Below, in pieces: positions 1-12,000 of a stretch of 64,000 bases of DNA. Both the position numbers and the translations under genes were made by a program. This stretch comes from Sphyrna mokarran (Eukaryota), in the NCBI GenBank assembly GCA_024679065.1, contig JAGIQG010000014.1:11036001-11100000 (forward strand). The letters are read 5' to 3'. How positions within the stretch are numbered: the stretch's first letter is position 1; every line of letters starts with the position of its first letter. Under the pieces are notes generated by a model, which worked only from the letters and a program-made list of their open reading frames with translations, was not told the origin of the DNA and ran no database searches.

Positions 1-1155
1 TTAGCAAGGAGTTTGATAAGGTCCCCCATGCAAGGCTTCTGGAGAAGATGAGAGGGCATGGGATCCAAGGGGCTTTGGCCTTGTGAATCCAGAACTAGCT
101 TGCCGGCAGAAGGCAGAGAGTGGTTGTGGATGGGTCTTGATCTGCATAGAGGTCAGTAACCAGTGGAGTGCCCCAGGGATCTGTTCTGGGACCCCTGCTG
201 TTTGTCATTTTCATAAATAACCTGGATGAGGAAGTGGAGGGATAGGTTAGTAAGTTTGCCGACAATACAAAGGTCGGTGGTGTTGTGGATGGTCTGGAGG
301 GATGTCAAAAGTCGCAGCGGGACATAGACAGGATGCAAGATTGGGCGGAGAAGTGGCAGATGGACTTCAACACGGATAAATGTATAGTGGTCCATTTTGG
401 CAGGAATAATGGGATGAAGGAGTACACTATCAAGGGTAGGAGTCTTAGCTGTGTTGAAGAGCAGAAGGATCTTGGGGTCTGGGTCCACAGGACTCTTAAA
501 TCGGCCTCGCAGGTGGAGGGTGTGGTCAAGAAAGCGTATGGTGTACTGGCCTTCATTAATCGAGGGATTGAGTTTAGGAGTCGGGAGATAATGATGCAGC
601 TGTATAAGACCCTTGTCAGACCCCACTTGGAGTACTGTGTGCAGTTCTGGTCGCCTCACTATAGGAAGGATGTGGAAGCTATTGAAAGGGTGCATGGGAG
701 ATCTACAAGGATGTTGCCTAGATTGGGAGGCAGGCCTTATGAAGACAGGTTGAGGGAGCTGGGACTCTTCTCCCTGGAGAGACGAAGGTTGAGAGGTGAC
801 CTGATAGAGGTTTACAAGATGTTGAGAGGAATAGATAGGGTGGATCCTCAGAGGCTATTTCCCCGAGCTGAAATGGTCACTACGAGAGGACACAGATTTA
901 AGGTGCAGGGAAGCAAATACAGAGGGGATGTTAGGGGTAAGTTTTTCACTCAGAGGGTGGTGAGCGAATGGAATCGGCTGCCGTCGATAGTGGTAGAGAC
1001 GAACTCGCTGTGGTCTTTTAAGAGACTCCTGGATGAGTATATGGGAACGAATGGGATTGGGTGTTATAGATAGGTCTGTGGATTGATAGGTATAGATGTG
1101 ATCGGCACAACTCATGTGCCGAAGGGCCTGTTTGTGCTGTAGTGTTCTATGTTCT
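1..1155 (+). mobile_element. CR1-like LINE (HER1-type), 3' part of ORF2 plus tail
   Basis: RT motifs VPQGSVLGP and KFAD, then RPHLEYCVQFWSP and FFTQRVV. Tail gccgaagggcctg...(ttctatg)n. Contains stops. Confidence 0.93.
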
Positions 1156-4100
1156 ATGAAATAGTCACTGCTTGGGACAGGATGCTGCCAAGATAATTGA
1201 ACTGGTCCACTTCCTGTAGTTTCTGCCTTTTGATGGTGATTATGGGTTCTGTGTACGGTGCATGAGGAGCAGGATGGTGCATGACTTCAGTCTTTTTAAT
1301 GTTGATGGTGAGTCCAAAGTTGTCACAAGCTGTAGAAAATTTGTCCATATTGACTTGCATCTCTGGCTGTGAACCAGCATACAGGCACAGTCATTGGCAA
1401 AGAGGAAATCTCTCAGAACAGTCTCTTTCACTTTGGTAATAGTTTAAAGTCTCCTCAGGTTGAAGTGAAGAGTTTCCCATCCACTCTGTACTTGAGGCTG
1501 ATTCCAGCAACACTGTCTTGGAAGGCATCATTCAACATGGCAGTAAACATCATGCTGAACAGTGTGGGTGCGAGCACACAGCCCTGTTTGACGCCATTGG
1601 TGATTGGGAATGCCTCAGAGAATTCTCCACCATCCAGTACTCAGGCCATCATGTAACTGGCATACTATCTGAATAAATTTGGGAGGGCAGCCGAACTTTG
1701 ACATGATCCTCCACAGGCCTTGTCGGCTTACAGTGTCAACGGCTTTTGCGAGGTCAACAAAGAACATAGAACATTACAGCGCAGTACAGGCCCTTCGGCC
1801 CTCGATGTTGCACCGACCAGTGGAACCAATCTAATGATCCTCTAACCCAAACTATTCCAATGTTATCCATATGCCTATCCACTGACCATCTGAACACTCT
1901 TAAAGTTGGCAAGTTCACAACTGCTGCAGGCAGGACACCCATGCCCTCTGAGTAAAGAACCCACCTCTGATATCCATCCTATAATTACCACCACTTAATT
2001 TAAAACTATGTCCCCTCATGTTAGCCATCACCATCTGAGGAAAAAGGTTCTCACTGTCCACCCTATCTAACCCTCTGATCATCTTGTATGCCTCAATTAG
2101 GTCATTTCTTAACCTTCTTCTCTCTAACGAAAACAACTTCAACTCCCTCAGCCTTTACTCATAAGACTTCCCACCATACCAGGCAACCTCCTGGTAAACC
2201 TCCTCTGCACCCTCTCCAATGCCTCCACATCTTTCTTATAATGCGGCGACCAGAACTGTACGCAATACTCCAAGTGCGGCCGCACCAGAGTTTTGTACAG
2301 TTGCAACATGACCTCATGGCTCCGAAATTCAATCCCTCTACCAATAAAAGCTAACACACCGTACACCTTCTTAACAACCTTAACAACCTGGGTGCCAACT
2401 TTCAGGGATCTTTACTCATGTACACCGAGATCTTTGCTCATCGACACTACCAAGAGTCCTTCTATTAACCCTATATTCTGTACTCCTGTTACTCTTTGCA
2501 AAGTGAATCACCTCACACTTTTCCGCATTAAACTCCATTTGCCACCTCTCAGCCCAGCTCTGCAGCTTATCTATGTCCCTCCGCAAACTGTAACATCCAT
2601 CCTCATCGTCTACAACTCTTCCGACTTTGGAGTCATCAGCAAATTTACTAACCCATCCTTCTACACCCTCATCTAGGTAATTTATAAAAATGACAAATAG
2701 CAATGGCCCCAAAACAGATCCCTGAGGACCACTAGTAACTGAACTCCAGGTTGAATATTTCCCATCAACCACCACCCTCTGTCTTCTATCAGCTAGCCGA
2801 TTCCTGATCCAAACTATGAAATTAGCCACAATCCCGTGTATCTGCATTTTCTACCATGAGGAACCTTATCAAACGTTTTGCTAAAATCCATATACACCAC
2901 ATCAACTACCTTACCCTTATCTACCTCTTTGGTCACCTTTTCAAAAAACTCGATAAGGTTTGTGAGGCACCATCTACCCTTCACAAAATCGTGTTGACTA
3001 TCCCTAATCAATTTATTTCTTTCTAGATGATTATAAATCCTGTCCCTTATAATTCTTTCCAAAAGTTTGCCCACAACAGAAGTAAGTTTCACCGGTCTAT
3101 AATTCCTAGAATAGTCTTTACTCTGCTTCTTGAACAAAGGGAAAACATTTGGTATCCTTCAGTCTTCCAACACTATACATTAGCCAATGACAACATGAAG
3201 ATCAAAGCTAAAGGCTCTGCAATCTCCTCGCTAGCCTCCCAGAGAATCCTAGGGTAAATTCCATCTGGCCCAGGGGACTTATCTATTTTCATACTCTCAA
3301 GAACAAAGATTGTGGAGATCTCACAATTCTGCTCCTGACACTTCTCCTGAAGTTGGAGTGCAGCAAAAATCATGTCAGTGGTCCCACGACCTTTGCAGAA
3401 GCCTCACTGTGACTCGGGAATCATGTCTAGCTCCAGATGAGTGACCAGATGATTTAGTCGGACTCTTGCGAGAGTTTTTCCTGTGACGGAGAGCAGCGAG
3501 AGTCCTCGGTGGTTGTCGCATACTTGCCGATTGCCCTTCCTCTTGTAGAGGTGTACGAGGGAGGCATCTTTAGGTTCCTGAGAAATGGATCCTTGCTTCC
3601 AAAAGGACTGGAACAACTGGGTGAGCTTCTCGATAAGTGCAGGACTTGCAGCTTTATAGATTTCTGCGGGTATGGCATCTGCCCCTGGGGCTTTGCCACT
3701 GGATAGCTGGCTTACACTTTCGTGATTTCGGCTACTACTGGTGGGTCATCCATGGCGCTGTTGACATCAACCTGGGGAATCCTGTCTATTGTCTCATCGT
3801 TAATGGATGAAGGTCAGTTGAGGATGGCTTCGAAGTGTTCAGCCCATCTTTGCAAGATCTGAGCCTTCTCTGTAACGAGAGTTGTGCCATCTGTACTCAG
3901 GAAGGGGGAATTCCTGAGAGATTGAGGTCCATAAGAGTGTTGAGGGCTTCATAGAACCGTTTCAAATCATTTCTGTCAGCGTATCCCACATTTCATTTGC
4001 CTTGTTGCTCGGCCAGGCATCCCGCATTTTAAGTAGTTTATTCTGGACTATCCTGCGGGCACTGATAAAAGCATTTTTCTTGGTAGTTGAAGGTAGTTTG

Positions 4101-5390
4101 TTCTGACAGGCCCTATGAAGATAATGCTTTTCAACAAGTATAGCCTGTATCTCCTCATCATTCTCATCGAACCAATCATGCTGCTTACGGTTAGAAGGCC
4201 TGAGCATCTTCAGCGCAGATGTACCGATAGCATCCCTGAAGCATTCCCAGTCATCCTCAGCGCTGCCTGCAAGATGTAGGTCAGCAAGCTTGATTTCTAA
4301 GTCTTCAGCCAGTGCTGAAGCTATGCTGGAGTTCTTTAGCTTGGTCGCATTGATTCTTTTCATAACCTTACTTCCTTGTGGTCACCTCTTGGGTCTGATG
4401 TAGAGTCTCATTTTGGAGACAACGAGTCTGTGATGTGTCCAGCAGTGAGCATCGCATGTGGTTTTGGTTACTCTGACATGCTGCCTGTCTTTTCCCTTGA
4501 CAATGACATAGTCGTATAGATGCCGAGGCTTAGAGCGGGGGTGCATCCAGAAGGTCTTGTTACACATAGACAGACAGAAGGCTGTATTGGTGATGAAGAG
4601 TTTGTGTGCTTCGGTAAGAGGAGACCGTTACTGTTACACATGCCCACTCCATGTCTCCCAATGACTCCCTGCCAGATTGCAGAGTCACACTCTACCCTTG
4701 CATTGAAATCGCCAAGGAAGAGTCATACTAAGGCTATTCTTCTCTCTGGTCTCTCTGCTGTAGGATTGTCCAAAAGCGTGCGCACATTCCAAGTGCTAAT
4801 GGTGAGTGGTGTCGGCTTGTGTTTTATTTTGTTTGTTCAACATAGGATCCCCGTCAGCAGTGGTAAATTGGCCAGTGTGTAGTGAAGCAGGGCACCTTTC
4901 CTAACCCCTTCCTCATCCTACGGAGGTGAGCAGTGCATTCCTGAAGAGGATTGCTCAGTTGCCCAGGTAGACGCCGAGTTCCTCTGATGCTTCGGTCAGC
5001 GAAGAACGCCTGCATGCAAATCCGTGACTACAGCTCCCAGTGTATCCGTACCTGCCGCTTCGCCACGGCGCTTGCAAACACCGCTTTCTTGACTATTGAA
5101 CTTTCCAACGATTCCGTCCACTCAATCTGCTGGGCTCTGTCTTCGCTTCCTGGGATAGACAACTTCCCATCTCGGGGGGGGGCGGGGAAGCTGTTGAGAC
5201 CCATCTGCTACTCTCACCTGGTTTAGCCGGCTTGTCGAAGCGGTTGCCGGGGGTGCTGTCGCGTGCAAACAGCGGAGCGACAGATGAGAGCTGAGTGCTA
5301 GGTGGGGACAAACCGCCCTGAAAGCATGCAACCCCCACCAGAGGTACCCTGACACCCCATGTACCCTGGTCAAGTACCAACCCACTCAAG
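1156..5390 (-). mobile_element. Decayed RTE-clade LINE with 5' UTR, endonuclease and RT, interrupted by a CR1 insertion at ~1763-3301
   Basis: Minus-strand fragments TWNVRTL (endonuclease start), [87 protein letters not shown]. Many frameshifts. Confidence 0.85.
1763..3301 (-). mobile_element. 5'-truncated CR1-like LINE nested in the RTE element
   Basis: KSPGPDGIYPRIL, NYRPVKLTS, YMDFSKTFDKVPH, KFADD, RPHLEYC on the minus strand. Flanked by AACAAAG at 1756-1762 and 3302-3308. Confidence 0.92.
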
Positions 5391-5580
5391 AGCAGCTTCT
5401 TCCCTGCTGCTGTCAGACTTAACCTTGCGTTAAGTTGAACTTTCTCTACACCCTAATTGCGACTGTGACATTACGTTCTGCACTCTTCTGTTTCCTTCTC
5501 TATGAAGGGTATGTTTTGTCCGTAAAGCGCACAAGAAACAATACTATTCACCGTACACGTGGCAATAATAAAATCAAATT
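5388..5580 (+). mobile_element. Rex1/Babar-like LINE 3' end
   Basis: Similar to the 3' end at 47020-47245 (caagaacagcttcttccctgctgc...gcaataataaaatcaaa). Confidence 0.6.
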
Positions 5581-5589
5581 TCTGGAAAG

Positions 5590-6930
5590 GTAGGGAAGTT
5601 GCACGTAGAGCCGTTAAGGTAGACAAATCGCCGGGGCTGGGTAGATCTATGCCAGGTTACTGAGGGAGGCTAGGGAAGAAATAGCTGGGGCCTGAACAAA
5701 TATCCTCACATCCTCTTTGAACACAGGCTTCAAAAAAATGTTGCTTCCTTTTTCAAGAAAGGAAACCGGGATAATCCAGGAAATTATCGGGCAAGACTTG
5801 TTTACCATAGTGCAATTTAGGAAAACCCAATGCTTCCCCCTTCGCTATATTGACATTATTTAGAGCATTCAAACATCTGTCTGTGACCTCAACATCAGTC
5901 ATGTCCTCCTCCTTGATGAATACTGATATAAAGTACCCATTAAGGATCTCACCCACTTCCTGAGGGTCCACATTACAACTTCTCTTCCTTGTCCTTGAGA
6001 GAGCCAACTCTTTCCCTTGTGACCCTCCCTCTCCTAATAGATGCATAAAAAGCCTTGGGATTCTCCTTGACCCTGTTTGTTAAAGATATTTCATGGCTCC
6101 TTTAAGCTTTCCTCATTCCATATTGAAGTTACTTTCTACTTTCTCTCTACTCCGCGAGGGCTTTGTCAGTTTTTAGTTGCGTAGACTTATTGTATGCTTC
6201 CTGTTCTCTTTTGACCAACTTTACAATATCCTCTTGTCGTCCGTGGTTCCTGAATCCTGTCACTTCAATTCTTCAGTTTTTTTTCGCAGGGACCTAGCTG
6301 TCCTGCACTCCAATCAGCCGGCCTTTAAAATCCTTCTAAGTGTCAGACATGGATTTGCCCTCAAAAAGCTGCTCCCAATCCACCTTCCCCAGTTTCGGTT
6401 TAATTTGGATGTATTTGGCCGTTGCCCAATTAAAGCACCCTCACTGAGAGTGAATCTTGTTTTTATCCATGACTGCCCAAAATCTTTTGGAATTACGGTT
6501 GCGAAGCCCAGAATTCTCCCCCCCTGAAACATTGACCTCCTGGCCTGGCTCATTCCCCAATAACAAGTCTGTGTGACCCCCTTCTTGGTTGGATTGGTAA
6601 CTTGCTGTATCAAAAAGCCCTCCTGGACACATCTAACAAAGTGTTCTCCACCTGAGCTGTAAGGAAGTCCCAGTGAGTATGGGGGAAATTTAAAGTCAGC
6701 TATCACAAATACCCCTGCTTTTTTTTCACACCTTTCCAGTAGCTGATTACACGTCTGTTCCTCTGTCTCCTACGGGCTGTTGGGAGGTTCATAATTCTCC
6801 CAACACTGTGATTTCACCCTTCTTATTCCTGAGCTCCACTCATAATTCTCACTGTGAGATCCCTGCAATGTGTTCCCCCTCACACAGTGATGTGCTCACA
6901 AATCAGCAACATAACACCCCCCACCCCTTC
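5590..6930 (-). mobile_element. Older CR1-like ORF2 fragment (endonuclease/linker) with a short inverted piece at ~5610-5790
   Basis: Minus-strand CVQEGFLIQQVTNPT, LLLGNEPGQ, GEILNGYFISVF. The plus-strand continuation reads VDKSPG...REAREEIAGA. Confidence 0.7.
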
Positions 6931-6932
6931 TA

Positions 6933-7611
6933 TCCCTGAAAGTAGGCAGTCAAGTGGATAAAGTTGTTAAGAAGGCTTATGGAGTCTTAGCTTTTATTGG
7001 TAGGGGGATTGAATTTAGGAGCCGCAGCATCATGTTGCAGCTGTACAAAACTCTAGTGCGGCCGCACTTGGAGTAGTGTGTGCAGTTCTGGTCGCCACAT
7101 TATAAGAAAGATGTGGAGGCATTGGAGCGGGTACAGAGGAGGTTTACTAGGATGTTGCCTGGTATGGAGGGCAGGTCCTATGAAGAGAGGTTGAAGGATT
7201 TGAGGTTGGTTTCGTTAGAAAGGAGGCGGCTAAGAGGGGATCTTATTGAAGCATATAAGATGATTAGAGGTTTAGATAGGGTGGACAGTGATAGCCTTTT
7301 TCCTAGGATGGAGGAAGCTAGCACGAGGGGACACAGCTTTAAATTAAGGGGTATGAGTTATAGGACGGATATCAGAGGTAGGTTCTTTACTCAAAGAGTG
7401 ATTAGGGAGTGGAATGCCCTGCCTGCAGCTGTTGTATATGCGCCAAGTTTGGTGGCGTTTAAGAGGTTAGTTGATAAGTATATGGAAGAGAAGGGAATGG
7501 TTTAGTTAGGAGGGGCATTGCTTTTTATTTTGGTCGGCACAACATCGAAGGCCGAAGGGCCTGTTCTGTGCTGTATTGTTCTATGTTCTATGTTCTATGT
7601 TCTATGTTCTA
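6933..7611 (+). mobile_element. CR1-like LINE 3' fragment
   Basis: ORF 7080-7505 QFWSPHYKKDVEALERVQRRFTRMLP and a (ttctatg)n tail. Confidence 0.93.
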
Positions 7612-7764
7612 TTTCACCTTCTGTCCCATCTAAAATAATGATATCCGGGAACGTTAAGCTGCCAGTCCCGTCCCTCCTTCAAACATGCCTCTGTAATTAT
7701 CCGTTCAGAATTTTCTGTTTCAGATTACGGTATTTGAATGAATTCACTTTTATCTTTGTAATGC

Positions 7765-8890
7765 ACTGGGTGCTCAGTCCCGGGAGGGGTGGGCAGTTGG
7801 GTGGGTGGGATGTGGATGGGGCTGGGGGGAAGCGGGGAGGGTGCAGTCAGTGCTGAGGCTCTGCCCCGCGAGGGGGTTCAGTGCTGGGTGCTGTGTCCCG
7901 GGAGTGGGGGGTCAGTGCTGTGTGCTGTGTCCCCGGGAGGGGGGTCAGTGCTGGGTGCTGTGTCCCGGGAGGGGAGGGGCTGGGAGGGGGGGTCAGTGCT
8001 GGTGCTGTGTCCCGGGAGGGGTGGGGTCAGGGGGGTCAGTGCTGGGTGCTGTGTCCGGGAGGGGGGGTCAGTGCTGAGTGCTGTGTTCCGGGAGGGGAAG
8101 GGTCAGTGCTGGGTGCTGTGTCTCGGGAGCCTGTGTCGGAGGGGTGTCAGTGCTGGGTGCTGTGTCCCGGGAGGGGGGGGTCAGTGCTGGGTGCGGTGTC
8201 CCGGGAGGGGAGGGGTCAGTGCTGGGTGCTGTGTCCCGGAGGGGAGGGGTCAGTGCTGGGTGCTGTGTCCCTGGAGGGGGGGGGGTCAGTGCTGGTGCTG
8301 TGTCCCGGGAGGGGGGGTCAGTGCTGGGTGCTGTGTCAGGGGGGGTCAGTGCTGGGTGCTGTGTCCCGGGAGGGGGGGGTCAGTGCTTGGTGCTGTGTCC
8401 CGGGAGGGGGGTCAGTGCTGGGTGCTGTGTCCCCGGGAGGGGGGGTTCAGTGCTGGTGCTGTGTCCCGGGAGGGGGGGGGTCAGTGCTGGTGCTGTTCCA
8501 GGGGGGGTGTGCTGGGTGCTGTGTCCTGGAGGGGGAGGGGGGGTTCTGTGCTGGGTGCTGTGTCCTGGGGGGGAGGGGAGGGGGGGGGGTCAGTGCTGGT
8601 GCTGTGTCCTGGGAGGGGGGAGAGGGGGGGATCTGTGCTGGGTGCTGTGTCCCGGGAGGGGTGTAAGTGTGGGTGCTTGTTCCAGGAGGGAGGAGTCAGT
8701 GCTGGGTGCTGTGTCCGGGAGGGGTGTAAGTGGTGGGTGCTTGTCCCAGGAGGGAGGAGTCAGTGCTGGGTGCTGTGTCCCGGGAGGGGGGGGGGTCAGT
8801 GCTGGGTGCTGTGTCCCGGGAGGGGTGTAAGTGGTGGGTGCTTGTCCCAGGAGGGAGGAGTCAGTGCTGGGTGCTGTGTCCCAGGGTGGG
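7765..8890 (+). repeat. G-rich minisatellite, ~30-35-bp unit GTCAGTGCTGGGTGCTGTGTCCCGGGA(G)n
   Basis: Visible tandem copies with variable G-runs, just upstream of the TM exon. Confidence 0.93.
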
Positions 8891-8992
8891 TGGAGGGTGG
8901 GGTGTGAGGGAGGAGGCAGTGTTACAAGCTCTATCCTATCGCTGTTCTGAGAGTGGAACTTGTCCGATTATCTCCTCTCTCCTTTCACACAG

Positions 8993-9084
8993 AGGCACTG
9001 CAGCCCCCTGAAATCTGTTACGTGTTGGATGCTGTCCTCTTTGTCTACGGGATTGTGTTAACTGCTCTCTATTGCCGTCTGAAG
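8993..9084 (+). CDS. FCER1G: FCER1G-like transmembrane exon (92 bp, phase 1 to 0)
   Basis: Acceptor tctcctctctcctttcacacag, donor AAG|gtaagt. Encodes [30 protein letters not shown] with the dimerisation Cys, the intramembrane Asp and the YCRLK signature. Confidence 0.95.
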
Positions 9085-12000
9085 GTAAGTTTAAACAGGG
9101 CATGAATGAGTGACAGTGTGAGGGAGCTGGATTAACATCAGTCGAGATACAGTCAGTAACCCAGGGTGCTGGGGGAGAGGGGTTACTGAGTGACAGTGTG
9201 AGGGAACTGGATTAACATCAGTAGAGATACAGTCAGTAACACAGGGTGCTGGGGGAGAGGGGTTACTGAGTGACAGTGTGAGGGAGCTGGATTAACATCA
9301 GTAGAGATACAGTCAGTAACACAGGGTGCTGGGGGAGAGGGGTTACTGAGTGACAGTGTGAGGGAGCTGGATTAACATCAGTAGAGATACAGTCAGTAAC
9401 ACAGGGTGCTGGGGGAGAGGGGTTACTGAGTGACAGTGTGAGGGAGCTGGATTAACATCAGTAGGGATACAGTCAGTGATACAGGATGCTGGGGAGAGGG
9501 GTTACTGAGTGACAATGTGAGGGAGCTGGATTAACATCAGTAGGGATACAGTCAGTGATACAGGATGCTGGGGAGAGGGGTTACTGAGTGACAGCGTGAG
9601 GGAGCTGGATTAACATCAGTAGAGATACAGTCAGTCACACAGGGCTCTGGGGGAGAGGGGTTACTGAGTGACAGTGTGAGGGAGCTGGATTAACATCAGT
9701 AGAGATACAGTCAGTGACACAGGGTGCTGGGGGAGAGGGGTTACTGAGTGACAGTGTGAGGGAGCTGGATTAATATCAGTAGAGATACAGTCAGTAACAC
9801 AGGGTGCTGGGGGAGAGGGGTTACTGAGTGACAGTGTGAGGGATCTGGATTAACATCAGTAGAGATACAGTCAGTGACACAGGGCGCTGGGGAAGAGGGG
9901 TTACTGAGTGACAGTGTGAGGGAGCTGGATTAACATCAGTAGAGATACAGTCAGTGACACAGGGTGCTGGGGGAGAGGGGTTACTGAGTGACAGTGTGAG
10001 GGAGCTGGATTAACATCAGTAGAGATACAGTCAGTAACACAGGGCACTGGGGGAGAGGGGTTACTGAGTGACAGTGTGAGGGAGCTGGATTAACATCAGT
10101 AGAGATACAGTCAGTGACACAGGGCGCTGGGGGAGAGGGGTTACTGAGTGACAGTGTGAGGGAGCTGGATTAACATCAGTAGAGATACAGTCAGTGACAC
10201 AGGGCGCTGGGGGAGAGGGGTTACTGAGTGACAGTGTGAGGGATCTGGATTAACATCAGTAGAGATACAGTCAGTAACACAGGGTGCTGGGGAGAGGGGT
10301 TACTGAGTGACAGTGTGAGGGAGCTGGATTAACATCAGTAGAGATACAGTCAGTAACACAGGGTGCTGGGGGAGAGGGGTTACTGAGTGACAGTGTGAGG
10401 GAGCTGGATTAACATCAGTAGAGGTACAGTCGGTGACACAGGGTGCTGGGGGAGTGGGGTTATTGAGTGACAGTGTGAGGGAGCTGGATTAACATCATTA
10501 GAGATACATTCAGTGACACAGGGTGCTGGGGAGAGGGGTTACTGAGTGACAATGTGAGGGAGCTGGATTAACATCAGTAGAGATACAGTCAGTGACACAG
10601 GGTGCTGGGGGAGAGGGGTTACTGAGTGACAATGTGAGGGAGCTGGATTAACATCAGTAGAGATACAGTCAGTGACACAGGGTGCTGGGGAGAGGGTTAC
10701 TGAGTGACAATGTGAGGGAGCTGGATTAACATCAGTAGAGATACAGTCAGTCACACAGGGTGCTGGGGGAGAGGGGTTACTGAGTGACAGTGTGAGGGAG
10801 CTGGATTAATATCAGTAGAGATACAGTCAGTAACACAGGGTGCTGGGGGAGAGGAGTTACTGAGTGACAGTGTGAGGGATCTGGATTAACATCAGTAGGG
10901 TTTAGCAGATGAGTTCCAGTATTAGGGAGTGAGGAACCTCCATAATTTTAAGTAAACAGTTGGCTGCTGAGACTCAGTTTGATAAATGGGAGACATGGGG
11001 AGGGATTGCTTATATTTTTGAAAGCTGCAGAGTAGGTGATGGCGGAAGAGCCAATGTCTGAACCTCACACACAAAAGTGAATTAATTCTCTTCTCCTATT
11101 CACTCAGCTCCAGATGAACAAGAAGGCAAAGGCACTTTCTCAGGGCTCGGAATATGAGGTAAAGAAATTACAAGTTAGGGGGGAGTGAGGGGTGCTGAAC
11201 CAGGAACATCAGCATTACACTGGGGAGAAGGTCACTGGCAGCAATAAGACCCCAGTGCTCCATCCCAATACAATCCTGACTCCATTCCAATACAATCCTC
11301 AATCCATTCCAATACAATCCTCACTCTGCTCTATCCCAAAACAATCCTCACTCCGCTCCATCCCAATACAATCCTCACTCCATTCCAATATAATCCTCAC
11401 TCCGCTCCATCCCAATGCAATCCTCACTCCGCTCCATCCCAATACAATCCTCACTCCGCTCCATCCCAATACAATCCTCACTCCGCTCCATCCCAATACA
11501 ATCCTCACTCCGCTCCATCCCAATACAATCCTCACTCCGCTCCATTCCAATACAATCCTCACTCCGCTCCATTCAAATAAAATATTCACTCCGCTCCATT
11601 CCAATACAATCCGCACTCAGCTCCATTCCAATACAATCCTCACTCTGCTCCACCCCAATACAATCCTCACTCTGCTCCATCCCAATACAATCCTCACTCC
11701 GCTCCATTCCAACGCAATTCTCACTCCGCTCCATTCCAATACTATCCTCATTCCGCTCCATTCCAATACAATCCTTATTCCACTCCATTCCAATACAATC
11801 CTCACTCAGCTCCATTCCAATACAATCCTCACTCCGCTCCATCCCAATACAATCCTCACTCCGCTCCATTCAATAATCCTCATCCCCATCCCAATACAAT
11901 CCTCACTCTGCTCCATTCCAATCATCCACTCCTCCATCCAATACATCCTCATCCGCTCCATTCCAATACTATCCTCACTCCGCTCCATCCAATACAATCC

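Noticed and set aside
7789-8907. Gly/Cys/Val-rich ORFs resembling keratin-associated proteins
   Set aside because: All three frames are open because of the G-rich minisatellite, and G-run lengths vary without regard to frame.
1-8990. Signal-peptide exon 1 of the FCER1G-like gene
   Set aside because: No ATG-hydrophobic leader ending in a phase-1 donor could be supported. The region is almost all TE and repeat, so exon 1 is probably upstream of the window.
9105-10900. Recombination signal sequences in the 80-bp repeat (gacagtg)
   Set aside because: No CACAGTG heptamer with a correctly spaced ACAAAAACC nonamer, and no V/J segments nearby.
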